From assembly GCA_041690295.1 (NCBI GenBank), contig JAWLHR010000006.1, positions 83,151-147,150 on the forward strand: a stretch of DNA of 64,000 nucleotides. Direction: 5' to 3'. Shown here piece after piece: positions 48,610 to 58,975 of the stretch (the stretch's first letter is position 1; every line of letters begins with the position of its first letter). The notes beneath the pieces were generated by a model. The model was not told the origin of the DNA. It made no database searches and saw only the letters and a list, made by a program, of their open reading frames with translations. Origin of the DNA: Bdellovibrionales bacterium. Lineage in GTDB: Bacteria; Bdellovibrionota; Bdellovibrionia; Bdellovibrionales; UBA1609. The position numbers were made by a program, and so were the translations under genes.

Positions 48610-50232
48610 ATGCGCCACATCTTCTTTTACACGTCGTTTGCCGTGTTCGCGGCCGTCTATTTGATTTATTTGGTATGGCCGCCGGTCGCTTGGTCATTGG
48701 TCATTTTCGCGCCGCTTTTTTTAGTGGGTTTGATGGACACATTGCAAACACGGCACGCCATCCGCCGAAATTTTCCCGTGATCGGCAATCTTCGTTACTT
48801 CTTCGAGCTGATCCGGCCCGAATTGCAGCAGTACTTCGTCGAATCCAATCAAAGCGGCCGGCCCATTCCGCGCGAACTTCGTTCGGTGGTTTATCAGCGC
48901 GCCAAAGGCCAAACGGAAACTTTGCCGTTCGGCACCCAGCTGGATGTCCATGCGGAACATTATGAATGGGTGAATCACACGATGACACCCAAGGTGAGCA
49001 AGCCCGAGCCGATTCGTATCGAAGTGGGCGCCAAGAACTGCAGTCAACCCTACGCCGCGAGTCTATTTAATATTTCCGCCATGAGCTACGGCGCGCTTTC
49101 GAAAGCCGCGATCACGGCGCTCAATCTCGGCGCCAAAAAGGGTGGCTTTTATCACAACACCGGCGAGGGCGGCATCAGCCCCCACCACCTTCAAGGCGGG
49201 GACCTGGTTTGGCAGTTGGGCACCGGCTATTTCGGTTGCCGCCATCCCGATGGCCGTTTCAATGAGGACGCCTTCCGTGAAAAAGCCCGCCTTCCGCAAG
49301 TGAAAATGATCGAGATTAAAGTTTCTCAAGGCGCCAAGCCCGGAAAAGGCGGATTGCTTCCCGCCGACAAGGTGAGCGAGGAAGTCGCGAAAATCCGTAT
49401 GGTCCCCATGGGTCAGGACGTGATTTCACCGCCCGCTCATTCCACATTTTCCACCCCGATTGAGCTTTTGCAGTTCATCGCCAAGCTTCGGGAAATGAGC
49501 GGCGGCAAACCTGTGGGATTTAAGTTTTGCGTGGGCAATAAAACGGAATTCATCGCCATCTGCAAGGCCATGATGGAAACCGGACTCACTCCGGATTTCA
49601 TAAATGTGGACGGTGGTGAAGGAGGAACGGGAGCGGCTCCGCTGGAATTCAGCAATCATGTGGGGGCGCCGCTTGAAGACGGACTCACATTCGTGGTGGA
49701 TGCTTTGCGCGGGTTCAATCTTCGCAATGACATCCGCGTGATCGCTTCGGGCAAAATCCTCACTTCGTTCGAAATTTTAACCCGTGCCGCCCTTGGCGCT
49801 GACATTACGAATTCCGCCCGTGGGATGATGCTGGCCTTGGGCTGCATCCAAGCCTTGAAATGCAACACCAATGAATGTCCGGCGGGCGTGGCCACAACGA
49901 ACCCGCGCTTGGTCGCGGGCCTTCATGTACCCACAAAAGCGGAGCGGGTTTATCGCTACCATCGAGAAACCATTCATCACCTTAAGGAACTTCTCGCGGC
50001 CATGGGCTACGATCATCCCTCCCAGGTTCGAAGATCCGACGTCAACCGCCGGCTTTCCGACGGAGTTGTGAAAACCTATGAGGATTTGTTCCCGACGATG
50101 CCCGAAGGCTATTTGCGCAATCGCGAAAACTGGAAATTTCTTTCGGCGGAATGGCAACGGGCGCTTCAAGATGCGCAGCCGAATAGTTTCGCGCCCAAAT
50201 CAAGCGCGAATGCCGCGTCGCTGGCGATTTAA
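48610..50232 (+). CDS. FMN-binding glutamate synthase family protein
   Basis: 'SAMSYGALS', 'NTGEGG', 'EIKVSQGAKPG', 'DGGEGGTGAAP', 'CIQALKCNTNECP'. Confidence 0.93.
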   Translation: MRHIFFYTSFAVFAAVYLIYLVWPPVAWSLVIFAPLFLVGLMDTLQTRHAIRRNFPVIGNLRYFFELIRPELQQYFVESNQSGRPIPRELRSVVYQRAKGQTETLPFGTQLDVHAEHYEWVNHTMTPKVSKPEPIRIEVGAKNCSQPYAASLFNISAMSYGALSKAAITALNLGAKKGGFYHNTGEGGISPHHLQGGDLVWQLGTGYFGCRHPDGRFNEDAFREKARLPQVKMIEIKVSQGAKPGKGGLLPADKVSEEVAKIRMVPMGQDVISPPAHSTFSTPIELLQFIAKLREMSGGKPVGFKFCVGNKTEFIAICKAMMETGLTPDFINVDGGEGGTGAAPLEFSNHVGAPLEDGLTFVVDALRGFNLRNDIRVIASGKILTSFEILTRAALGADITNSARGMMLALGCIQALKCNTNECPAGVATTNPRLVAGLHVPTKAERVYRYHRETIHHLKELLAAMGYDHPSQVRRSDVNRRLSDGVVKTYEDLFPTMPEGYLRNRENWKFLSAEWQRALQDAQPNSFAPKSSANAASLAI

Positions 50233-51128
50233 AATCTCACGAAACTGAGCAGAATAACTTCCGTGTTTTTGGCGAGGAAGCGCCCGAGTTCTTGGCGGTT
50301 ATCCAGGCGATCAACTTTGTCCGAGTAAATTAAAATGAAGTTCACATTGTCATTCAGGGGAAAACGCATTTGCGGTCCGGTGGAGATCATGCGGTTCGGC
50401 CGCCGGTACTTTCGCTCCGCTTCGGATTTATTATAGAACTCATCTTCAATCCCTAAGCTCCAACCGACGCCGAAGTCCGGTGTGTGTTTGTACCAGAAAT
50501 CCAAATCGTGTCCGAAGCTGAAGCGTTTGGTGGCGCCCGAAGTTTCCACGTCGAAACCGTACTCGTCTTTGAATTTCACCGGGTATACGGTTCTGGATTG
50601 ATGATAATAGGCCACTTCATTGGTGTAGCTGAATTCCACATGCCGATTGATGACTTTGGTGAAAATCATTTTGTTGTTAAGGCGCGCGATCATGCCGCTT
50701 TTTTGGCTGAATTCGCTGGTGGGGAGATAGACACGTCCCTCCCAATAGAGTCCCAAATCCCATGGCAAATGGGCGAGCTCGGGATTTCTCAGTCCGATGA
50801 TAATATCCTGTAACGCCAGCTCAGCGTCTTGGGAGCGGCCGCCGTTGAATCGATCGGTTCCGGCAGTGCCATAGGTGAATGGCACCCGCACGACCGCTTT
50901 ATAGTCGAGGCCGACGTAGCTTGAAAAAGTCACGTAGTTATAAGTCGAAAGGCGCCCGCCCTCGTTTTGAGCCTTATCGGGTTCCACGCTGGCCAGCGAG
51001 AAAAAATTAATATCGAATTCACGGCCGAGGACTTTCAGTTTGTTATTGCCGTCGACTTCCTGCTCGCTGAATTGGGCGAAGGCATTTACGGAAAACAAGA
51101 AGAAGATCAGTGCTGTCAGAAATTTCAT
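50229..51128 (-). CDS. Hypothetical outer-membrane beta-barrel
   Basis: Signal peptide; amphipathic strands; terminal Phe. Confidence 0.75.
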   Translation of the reverse strand: MKFLTALIFFLFSVNAFAQFSEQEVDGNNKLKVLGREFDINFFSLASVEPDKAQNEGGRLSTYNYVTFSSYVGLDYKAVVRVPFTYGTAGTDRFNGGRSQDAELALQDIIIGLRNPELAHLPWDLGLYWEGRVYLPTSEFSQKSGMIARLNNKMIFTKVINRHVEFSYTNEVAYYHQSRTVYPVKFKDEYGFDVETSGATKRFSFGHDLDFWYKHTPDFGVGWSLGIEDEFYNKSEAERKYRRPNRMISTGPQMRFPLNDNVNFILIYSDKVDRLDNRQELGRFLAKNTEVILLSFVRF

Positions 51129-52237
51129 TGCGCGGTCTCCGATGTCATGGACTTATTGAGCTTGAGTTCGGCGTAAACCGGATAATGATCCGTTACGCCC
51201 ACCGCGCCTTTTCCGCCTTTGAACTTGGCCGGTGAACCCCAGCGATTCACCTGATAAACGCTATCCTTCGCCAGTCGAATCGAATCCACGTCCAGTCGCC
51301 AGGGTGAAAGCCCCGCCGTCAAATCATGTGAGAACAAAAGCACATCGAAAAACGACCAGGTCCGATCCTGATGATAATAACTTGTACCGACACACCCCTT
51401 GCAGCCATGGATATGGGAGACGGTGAATCGCGACGCCAGAATGTCTTTAAAATATTTATGCTTCCACTCTTCCTTGGTGGTGATGTTGAAGTCTCCACCA
51501 ATGATCACCGAAGTGCCGACGGGAACTTGCGCGGTCACATCCATCAAAGTTTCGACCGCCACCCGGCGATGAATGGTTTCCGCTCCCTGTGACGGGAAGT
51601 GCAGTGAAAAAACAGCGACGGTCGAGCCATTCGGCATTCGCAGGTGGGTTTCCAAAATCCCCCGCGTGGGCCGAATGTCTTCAGGCTTTAAATCAGGCGC
51701 TTTCGAGTAATCGAGCAAATGCAGTTTCGGTTGCCCGATTTCCGGAAGCCGGCTCATCACCGCGGTATCGATGCCGCGCGTGTCAGGTCCCTCAATATGA
51801 GAAATCGTTTGGTAGTTCATGTGCCGCAGATACTTGTCGCGCCAGATTTCAAGCACGCGGCGGTTTTCCACTTCTTGCAAAATTAAAATGTCAGGGCCGT
51901 GGCCATTGTTGATCTGGGCGACCACGTCCGCGAGCCGTCGCATTTTTCGATCCAAAATTTTCGCGGACCAATCTTTTTTTAAACATTCGGTGGTCCGGTA
52001 ATCGGAATCCTGCTGGTAATAGCAGCGATTGATGATCACGGGATCGCTTTTCATCGACTTCGGCAAGAACGCTTCGTCGTTTTTGTCCGGCTCATCCTCT
52101 ATATCAAAAAGATTTTCCGCGTTCAGGGTCATCACGCTGATCACATCGGGGCGAACCTGAGCCATTTCGCTTGTCTTAGGTGCCGAAACACAGGCGCTAA
52201 GGATGAGCGCAACCAGAAAAATGACTGGATTTTTCAC
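51125..52237 (-). CDS. Endonuclease/exonuclease/phosphatase family lipoprotein
   Basis: Lipobox LSAC; 'NAENLFD', 'LQEVEN', 'GGDFN', 'TDHYPV'. Confidence 0.92.
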   Translation of the reverse strand: MKNPVIFLVALILSACVSAPKTSEMAQVRPDVISVMTLNAENLFDIEDEPDKNDEAFLPKSMKSDPVIINRCYYQQDSDYRTTECLKKDWSAKILDRKMRRLADVVAQINNGHGPDILILQEVENRRVLEIWRDKYLRHMNYQTISHIEGPDTRGIDTAVMSRLPEIGQPKLHLLDYSKAPDLKPEDIRPTRGILETHLRMPNGSTVAVFSLHFPSQGAETIHRRVAVETLMDVTAQVPVGTSVIIGGDFNITTKEEWKHKYFKDILASRFTVSHIHGCKGCVGTSYYHQDRTWSFFDVLLFSHDLTAGLSPWRLDVDSIRLAKDSVYQVNRWGSPAKFKGGKGAVGVTDHYPVYAELKLNKSMTSETAQ

Positions 52238-53409
52238 GGGAGCACCTCGTTGGTCTCGCTCATCGGTTCAAGAATCAATGTGGTTGTGGTGGATTCCGGA
52301 TCGTCCAAGCGGGATTTGACTCGCACGGGGATCTCCAAAGTGTTTTCTTCGGCGTCGATGTGAATGGCGTTCAATATCATCCCCTCGCTGGCGCACGTTT
52401 GACTCAGTTTTTTCAGTGTGGCGCGATCCCGGTGGAGATTCGCCAGATAAATTTTGGCCTCGCAGTTCTGGTCGACCAATTCGAATTCAATGATGGAAAC
52501 GTGGGTTTCCGGCCTTTGTCTGAGGGTTTCCGACACATATTCTTTGACCGCGGTCAGATCGAATCCGTCGGCCACCAGATATTTATCCAAAGCCCAGGAC
52601 TTGAACCGCTTTAACTTTTTAATTTTTACGCGTGCGACTTCGGATCCTTTGGAGTTCACTTTCACCGAGACGATATCGCCTTGACGAAAATGATTAGCGA
52701 AACCCAAACGAACCCAAAGCGGCAACTGGCCGGCGCGAAGGGCGTCGTGGAATTGTTCCGGCACGTAAAGATCACTATCGATTCGGCTCGTGCAGCGGCG
52801 CAAACATTTGCCGTCGGCGGCGCTCTCTTCGTACTCGTCTTCTTTGCTTTCTTTTTCCTTGGATTCGCGAATGAGCTTTTCGTCCACCGCTGAGCCGATT
52901 TCATAACTGAAATCAATCAGCGCGATGTAAGGTGAGCGGTCTTTGAGGACTTGTTTAACCCGGTCGACGTACTTGTAATATTCCTCGGTGGACTGGGAGA
53001 AGAACTTGCCCCTCAAGCGATTGCGGGTGAGCTTTTCAATGCGAAGCCAGGTGATTTTGGTGATCCGGGCGCGTCCCGTTTGGTTCCAGTCCCGCACCCA
53101 CTTGCCCTCGGCGTTCTTTTGTCGAACTTCCAGATCCACCCGGCTTCCAACTCGATAACAAGAGTAAACGTTGGGGTGAATGATGGTGCTTTGGTCTCCG
53201 GCAACCACTCGGATCCGCTCATCGGGGTTCGACATGAGCAGATTCCAATTGGGCACTTTTTCGTGACAGCCGGAATGGCGAAAGCCCCATTCAGAAAATT
53301 CAATGATTTCACCGCGATCCAAACGTTCTTTAACGGTTAGGATCGTTTGATCGTTGGGCTGACAGCCTATAAATATGAGAAACGTCGCGAACGCGAAGCC
53401 AAGCCTCAT
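52234..53409 (-). CDS. Hypothetical lipoprotein
   Basis: Lipobox FIGC; GAGGGGG RBS. Confidence 0.75.
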   Translation of the reverse strand: MRLGFAFATFLIFIGCQPNDQTILTVKERLDRGEIIEFSEWGFRHSGCHEKVPNWNLLMSNPDERIRVVAGDQSTIIHPNVYSCYRVGSRVDLEVRQKNAEGKWVRDWNQTGRARITKITWLRIEKLTRNRLRGKFFSQSTEEYYKYVDRVKQVLKDRSPYIALIDFSYEIGSAVDEKLIRESKEKESKEDEYEESAADGKCLRRCTSRIDSDLYVPEQFHDALRAGQLPLWVRLGFANHFRQGDIVSVKVNSKGSEVARVKIKKLKRFKSWALDKYLVADGFDLTAVKEYVSETLRQRPETHVSIIEFELVDQNCEAKIYLANLHRDRATLKKLSQTCASEGMILNAIHIDAEENTLEIPVRVKSRLDDPESTTTTLILEPMSETNEVLP

Positions 53410-53501
53410 GAATCCCCCTCTTCAAAAGGCGTATCAATCCACTAGACGAATGTCCAATTCGGATTGGGGGATTTTATTACGCGCTATAATGCGTGGCGGA
53501 A

Positions 53502-55835
53502 TCAGACTTTTTCCGATTTACCGGGCAACGCTTTAGGTGTTCGACGCCCTTGGATTTTTCGCGGTTTTTGCAATTCATCAAGGCTTTGAGTCTCAATCTT
53601 TAATTCGTTTTTCGAGCCCACAAAAACCGTAACTCGACCGCCGTGTTGAAGCTTGCCAAACAGGATGTCATCGACCAAGGGGCGCTTGATATGCTCATCA
53701 ATTACGCGGGCGAACGGGCGGGCGCCGAACGCCGGATCATATCCTTTTTCAAACAGCCACTCGATGGCTTCCGGATAAACTTCCATGGAAATGGTTTTCT
53801 TCAGCAATTGAGCTTCGAGTTCCGACACGAACTTGCGGATCACTTGCAGCAAGAGGTTGCGATCGAGCGGTTGGAACTCGATCACCGCATCCAGGCGGTT
53901 CAGGAATTCGGGGCGGAAGAATTTTCGGATCGCGTCCATTGACAGGGTTGAACTGCGCTCGGGCATCAATCCCATGCTTCCCTTGGCGGCTTCGAATGCT
54001 CCGGCATTTGAAGTCATAATCAAAATCACGTTTTGGAAATCGGCGGTGCGGCCGTTGGAATCGGTCAGTCGACCGGAATCCATCACTTGCAACAAGATGT
54101 TAATGAGATCCGGGTGGGCCTTTTCCACTTCGTCCAAAAGCAGCACGCAATGGGGATTTTTGACGATGGCATCGGTCAATAATCCGCCTTCTTCGTAGCC
54201 CACGTATCCCGGGGGCGCGCCGACGAGCCGCGAGACCGCGTGCTTTTCCATGTACTCGCTCATATCAAAGCGCAGAAATTGAATTCCCATGAATTCAGCA
54301 AGTTTCTTGGACACTTCCGTTTTCCCCACGCCAGTGGGGCCGGCGAACAGGTAACTGCCGATGGGTTTTTGATCGCGACCAAGTCCGGTGCGCGCCATCT
54401 TGATGGAGTTGACCAGTTTATTGATGGCATTGTCCTGACCAAAGATGACGGAGCGAAGTTGTTTATCCAGGTCTTTGAGTTTTTGCCGGTCGGAGGCGGT
54501 GACGGATTTCACCGGCACCTGCGCCATGCGGGCCACGGTGCTTTCAATTTCCGGCACGTCGAGTTTCACGATATCCGGCGAGTCGGCGAAGGTGCGGGCG
54601 TGCGAACCGGCTTCATCCAAAACATCGATGGCCTTATCGGGCAACTGCCGGCCTTGGATATGTTTCGCCGAAAGTTCCGCCGCCGCTTTCAAAGCTTCTT
54701 CCGTATAAGTGACGTGATGGAATTCCTCGTACCGGGTTTTCAGCCCTTTTAAAATTTCAAAGGTTTGCTCGATGGTGGGTTCCGGCACGTCAATCCGCTG
54801 GAAACGCCGTGCGAGGGCCCGGTCTTTTTCAAAGTGGGTGCGGTATTCTTTGAATGTGGTCGAGCCGATACAGCTGAGCGAACCATCGGCCAACGCGGGC
54901 TTGAGCAAATTCGATGCGTCCATGGCGCCGCCTGAAGTTCCGCCAGCGCCGACCAGCGTGTGAATTTCATCAATGAACAGCACCGAGCCCGGTTTGGATT
55001 TGATTTCCTTCACCACATTTTTGAGGCGTTCTTCGAAATCACCGCGATATTTGGTTCCGGCGAGAAGCGCGCCCATGTCGAGCGAGTAAATGACCTTGTC
55101 CAGAAGCTTAGGCGGAACCTGACCTTGAACGATGCGCAAGGCGATGCCGTCCGCGAGCGCTGTTTTTCCCACGCCGGATTCGCCGATCAACAGCGGGTTG
55201 TTCTTGGTCCGCCGGTTAAGAACTTGCATCATTCTTTCCAAAATTTCCTCGCGCCCGATCAGAGGATCGATCGCGCCGGACTTGGCTTTTTCATTAAGAT
55301 TGGTGCAGTAAGCTTTCAGCGCTGAATTGGCGCCCGTCTTGTCCTTGGGCAATCCGTCGGCGGCCACATCACCGGACGGTGAGGGCACTTTGCTGGTGCC
55401 ATGGGAAATGTATTCAATGATGTCAAATTGCGAGATGCCTTGTTCTTCCAAGAAATAGCGGGCGTAGGAATCGGTCTCGTGAAATAATGCCACCAAGAGA
55501 TTTCCGCTCTTGACCAGTTTGCGGCCAGCCGATTGCACTTGAATGGCTGCGCGTTGCAGCAATCGATGGAAGGCCATGGTCAATTCCGGACGCCATTCCG
55601 GATCCTGTTCCAGAAATGACTCACTCACTTGAGGGCAGTGAGCTTTGATGAACTCTTCCAGTTTAGTTTGGAGAAGCCTCAGATCGGCCCCACAAGCTTC
55701 TAAAATTTCCTGGGCTTCCTCATCCTTTGTGACCAGCGCATGGAGAACGTGTTCGAGACTGATGAACTCATAGGCGGTGGCTCGCGCCGATTCGAGCAGT
55801 TGGTTGAGGATCCTTTCCAGCTTTGGGTCAAGCAT
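53502..55835 (-). CDS. clpA: ATP-dependent Clp protease ATP-binding subunit ClpA
   Basis: Two AAA+ modules (GESGVGKT, GPTGVGKT), no ClpB M-domain, downstream of clpS. Confidence 0.96.
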   Translation of the reverse strand: MLDPKLERILNQLLESARATAYEFISLEHVLHALVTKDEEAQEILEACGADLRLLQTKLEEFIKAHCPQVSESFLEQDPEWRPELTMAFHRLLQRAAIQVQSAGRKLVKSGNLLVALFHETDSYARYFLEEQGISQFDIIEYISHGTSKVPSPSGDVAADGLPKDKTGANSALKAYCTNLNEKAKSGAIDPLIGREEILERMMQVLNRRTKNNPLLIGESGVGKTALADGIALRIVQGQVPPKLLDKVIYSLDMGALLAGTKYRGDFEERLKNVVKEIKSKPGSVLFIDEIHTLVGAGGTSGGAMDASNLLKPALADGSLSCIGSTTFKEYRTHFEKDRALARRFQRIDVPEPTIEQTFEILKGLKTRYEEFHHVTYTEEALKAAAELSAKHIQGRQLPDKAIDVLDEAGSHARTFADSPDIVKLDVPEIESTVARMAQVPVKSVTASDRQKLKDLDKQLRSVIFGQDNAINKLVNSIKMARTGLGRDQKPIGSYLFAGPTGVGKTEVSKKLAEFMGIQFLRFDMSEYMEKHAVSRLVGAPPGYVGYEEGGLLTDAIVKNPHCVLLLDEVEKAHPDLINILLQVMDSGRLTDSNGRTADFQNVILIMTSNAGAFEAAKGSMGLMPERSSTLSMDAIRKFFRPEFLNRLDAVIEFQPLDRNLLLQVIRKFVSELEAQLLKKTISMEVYPEAIEWLFEKGYDPAFGARPFARVIDEHIKRPLVDDILFGKLQHGGRVTVFVGSKNELKIETQSLDELQKPRKIQGRRTPKALPGKSEKV

Positions 55836-55848
55836 CGTAAAGGCCTCC

Positions 55849-56178
55849 CTATTCCTTTTCCATTATACACTTAAGCGGATGTTTATGTCTTCTTGAAAAC
55901 TCGTTCACTGCGTAGACCTTTGTCTCAGCCACTTCAAATGTGTAAACACCTGCAAGACCGGCGCCTTCATTATGGACAGCCAGCATAATGCGCGTGGCCT
56001 CACCGTCCGACTTCATAAAAAATTTTTTGAGAACCAATATAACGAAATCCATTGGTGTGAAGTCGTCGTTGAGTAAAATCACCTTGTAAAGTTTAGGCGC
56101 TTCCGTTTTTGGGCGTGATCGGGTCGTGACCTGAGTCCCGCCGTCGCGATCGTCATCGTGTTCGGAATGATTGGCCAT
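55849..56178 (-). CDS. clpS: Clp protease adaptor ClpS
   Basis: '[16 protein letters not shown]...HPLKC'. Confidence 0.97.
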   Translation of the reverse strand: MANHSEHDDDRDGGTQVTTRSRPKTEAPKLYKVILLNDDFTPMDFVILVLKKFFMKSDGEATRIMLAVHNEGAGLAGVYTFEVAETKVYAVNEFSRRHKHPLKCIMEKE

Positions 56179-56367
56179 GCTGACTTATATACTAGCGCGG
56201 CCAAGGTGTTCAAGACACGGGCGGAGCGCCCAGTTCTGAGGCATTTTCTCAACTTAAGTCGGGATACGATTCAAAGCTAACGTCTTGCTGGGCTTTTGCC
56301 GATAGGTTTGGCAGACTGGATGTGTAGTGAAGAATCAAACCCAATTCTATAACGTTACCGGAGGGGA

Positions 56368-56910
56368 ATGTTCATGAACGTATCAATTCGAAACGCGAGA
56401 GGTTTCTCTCTCGTCGAGCTGATGGTTGTTGTGGCCATCATCGGAATTCTAGCGGCGATAGCGGTGCCGAACTTCCAAAAGTTTTCGGCGAAATCAAAGC
56501 AATCGGAAGTAAAAACGAGCTTATCGGCTCTATACTCCGCATTGCGGGCCTTTCATTCGGAATGGCAGACCTATTCATCGCGCTTTGAGCCCATTGGTTA
56601 TGCTCCAGTCGGTATCTTGAGATATGAGCACGGTTTCGCGGCCGATTTCCATAATATGCCCGCGAACTACTCTGGTCCCCCGGGAGACGCCGGTCGGATT
56701 AACACCGCCGGTTATTGCGCGGTGGTTGCTAACGGCTGTACCGTGAACCAGGTTCCGGTGGCGCCCGGTGCCGTGGCTGGTACGGCGATGACCGCGACCA
56801 CTTTCACCGCTCAGGGCCGTGGCGATATCGATGGTGACGCCACTGTTGATATTTGGACGATCAACGAGCAAAAAACGATCACCAACACTCAAGACGACCT
56901 CAATCTCTAA
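56368..56910 (+). CDS. pilA: Type IVa major pilin
   Basis: Class III signal RG|FSLVELMVVVAIIGILAAIAVP; own terminator; sigma28-like GCCGATAG at 56298. Confidence 0.88.
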   Translation: MFMNVSIRNARGFSLVELMVVVAIIGILAAIAVPNFQKFSAKSKQSEVKTSLSALYSALRAFHSEWQTYSSRFEPIGYAPVGILRYEHGFAADFHNMPANYSGPPGDAGRINTAGYCAVVANGCTVNQVPVAPGAVAGTAMTATTFTAQGRGDIDGDATVDIWTINEQKTITNTQDDLNL

Positions 56911-56937
56911 TTTGAGCTAGAATATTAGTGTGATGAG

Positions 56938-56964
56938 AAAGGCAGCTGACAAGCTGCCTTTTTT
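56938..56964 (+). terminator. Rho-independent terminator after the pilin
   Basis: AAAGGCAGCT-gaca-AGCTGCCTTTTTT. Confidence 0.85.
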
Positions 56965-56980
56965 GTTTTGCAATGACAGC

Positions 56981-57730
56981 ATGAATTCCCGGTTTCGTCG
57001 CGGCGAGTGGCCGATCACCATCAGTTACCTGCTCGTGATGTTGAGCTTTTGGGGTGCGACTTGGATCTTCAATCAACGCTCAAGCCAGGAAGGCGCTGCG
57101 GAGAAGTATCTCAACCCGCCTCCGGAACACATTGAACATTTCCATTTCGGATTTCGTGAATCCATGAGCGATTCGTTGTGGCTCAGGTGGATTCAGGATG
57201 CCGATTATTGCCAGACCTATTTAAAGCCGGTCACGTACCTTGAACCGCAAGAAGTGAAGATGGATCTGCTCACCGTTCCCAGACATAAAATCTGCGACAA
57301 CTCATGGAGCTTCAAGATGCTCGACGCGATCACGAGACTGGCGCCGAAATTCGAAATGCCTTACTTGGCGGGCGCGTCCACGCTGGCGATCTTGGTGGAA
57401 GATTATGAAGGCGCGACTCTCATGTACGAACGGGGGATCAAAGAACTTCCAAAGAATTGGATGCTCCTTTACCGAGCGGCTTTCCATTATCAATTCAACT
57501 TGAAGGATCTGCCCAGAGCCGCCGAATTGCTCAAGCAAGCGGGCGACAACGGCGCGCCGATTTGGGTGAAGTCTTTGGCCGCGCGATTATACACAGTGGC
57601 CGGTCAGGTTGAGCTTGGATTGAGCACGCTCCTCGAATACAGAAAGCTTGTGGAAGACAATGAAGAGGCGGTCAAGAGTGTGGACAAGCGCATTGAGGAA
57701 CTCAAAGCCCAACTTCAATCCTTTCCTTGA
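56981..57730 (+). CDS. Pilin-associated membrane-anchored TPR-like protein
   Basis: N-terminal TM, 'DSLWLRWIQ', '[11 protein letters not shown]', helical repeats. Confidence 0.75.
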   Translation: MNSRFRRGEWPITISYLLVMLSFWGATWIFNQRSSQEGAAEKYLNPPPEHIEHFHFGFRESMSDSLWLRWIQDADYCQTYLKPVTYLEPQEVKMDLLTVPRHKICDNSWSFKMLDAITRLAPKFEMPYLAGASTLAILVEDYEGATLMYERGIKELPKNWMLLYRAAFHYQFNLKDLPRAAELLKQAGDNGAPIWVKSLAARLYTVAGQVELGLSTLLEYRKLVEDNEEAVKSVDKRIEELKAQLQSFP

Positions 57731-57780
57731 CGAACTCCGGGGCCGACCCATACTTAAGGGATCGGAGTTATTTTAGGCCC

Positions 57781-58875
57781 ATGAATCGCGATTACTATGA
57801 AATCCTCGGCGTCAGCCGCGACGCGGATGCGGATACCATCAAAAAAGCCTATCGCAAATTGGCGATGCAGTACCATCCTGACAAAAATCCGGGGGACAAA
57901 GAGGCCGAAGAAAAATTCAAAGAATGCGCTCGCGCCTATGAGGTTTTGAGCGATCCGGGCAAGCGTGAACGTTACGATCGTTTCGGGCACCAGGGCGTGG
58001 ATGGAATGGGTGGCATGGGCGGCCCGCATTTTCAGGACGTGGGCGATATTTTCGCGGCCTTCGGTGATATTTTCGGTGACTTCTTCGGCCACTCCACGCG
58101 AGGTCAACGTTCGCGCACGGGTCCCCGTCGCGGGGCCGATCTCCGTTACGTGATGGAAATTGAACTTAAGGATGTGATTGATGGCGTTCAACGCCCGATC
58201 ACGTTTGAATCCGATGATGAGTGCAAGGAGTGCGGGGGGAGCGGAGCCCAGCCCGGCACCAAACCCGAACCTTGCGGCACCTGCGGCGGTCGCGGACAAG
58301 TCGTGCGCTCACAGGGATTTTTCTCCATGTCCACCACCTGTCCCCGATGTCATGGGCGCGGAGTTGAAATCAGAAATCCATGCAAGAAGTGCCGGGGCGC
58401 GGGTCGCGTGAGCGTTGAGCGTAAGATTTTGGTGACGGTTCCTCCTGGAGTGGATACGGGCACTCAGCTGCGCTTGAGCGGCGAAGGCGAAGCCGGTTTT
58501 CGCGGCGGACCTCCCGGTGATCTTTATGTCGAAATTCGGGTGGTCGAAGACCCGCGGTTTGAACGTGATGGGGTGAATCTGATCGGCGAGCTCGAAGTGA
58601 GCTATCTCCAAGCGATTCTGGGCGCCGAAGTGGAAGTGGAGACCTTGCGCGGAAAAAAGAAGGTGACCATCCCCAGGGGTTCGCAGTACGGCAATCAGAT
58701 AAAGCTTCAGGGTGAGGGATTGCCATCCTTGCGTGGATCCCGTATTGGCGATCTTTATTATGTAGTGAAAGTTGTACTCCCTGAAAAACCCACCAAGGAC
58801 GAAGAGAAGCTTCTTCGCGAAATTGCTGAAAAAAAGGGCGAGAAGCTGTCCCGCAGCCGCAGCAGCTGGTTTTAA
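57781..58875 (+). CDS. dnaJ: Chaperone DnaJ
   Basis: J domain with HPD, G/F region, four CxxCxGxG motifs. Confidence 0.97.
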   Translation: MNRDYYEILGVSRDADADTIKKAYRKLAMQYHPDKNPGDKEAEEKFKECARAYEVLSDPGKRERYDRFGHQGVDGMGGMGGPHFQDVGDIFAAFGDIFGDFFGHSTRGQRSRTGPRRGADLRYVMEIELKDVIDGVQRPITFESDDECKECGGSGAQPGTKPEPCGTCGGRGQVVRSQGFFSMSTTCPRCHGRGVEIRNPCKKCRGAGRVSVERKILVTVPPGVDTGTQLRLSGEGEAGFRGGPPGDLYVEIRVVEDPRFERDGVNLIGELEVSYLQAILGAEVEVETLRGKKKVTIPRGSQYGNQIKLQGEGLPSLRGSRIGDLYYVVKVVLPEKPTKDEEKLLREIAEKKGEKLSRSRSSWF

Positions 58876-58975
58876 ACGGCGCGCCATGAGACGGATTTCG
58901 GCGTTTTTTTCGCTCCTGGCTTGACGCCTCCGGATCGAGCCTCACATTAAGCAGTGAATATAAGGAGTTCCTCAA

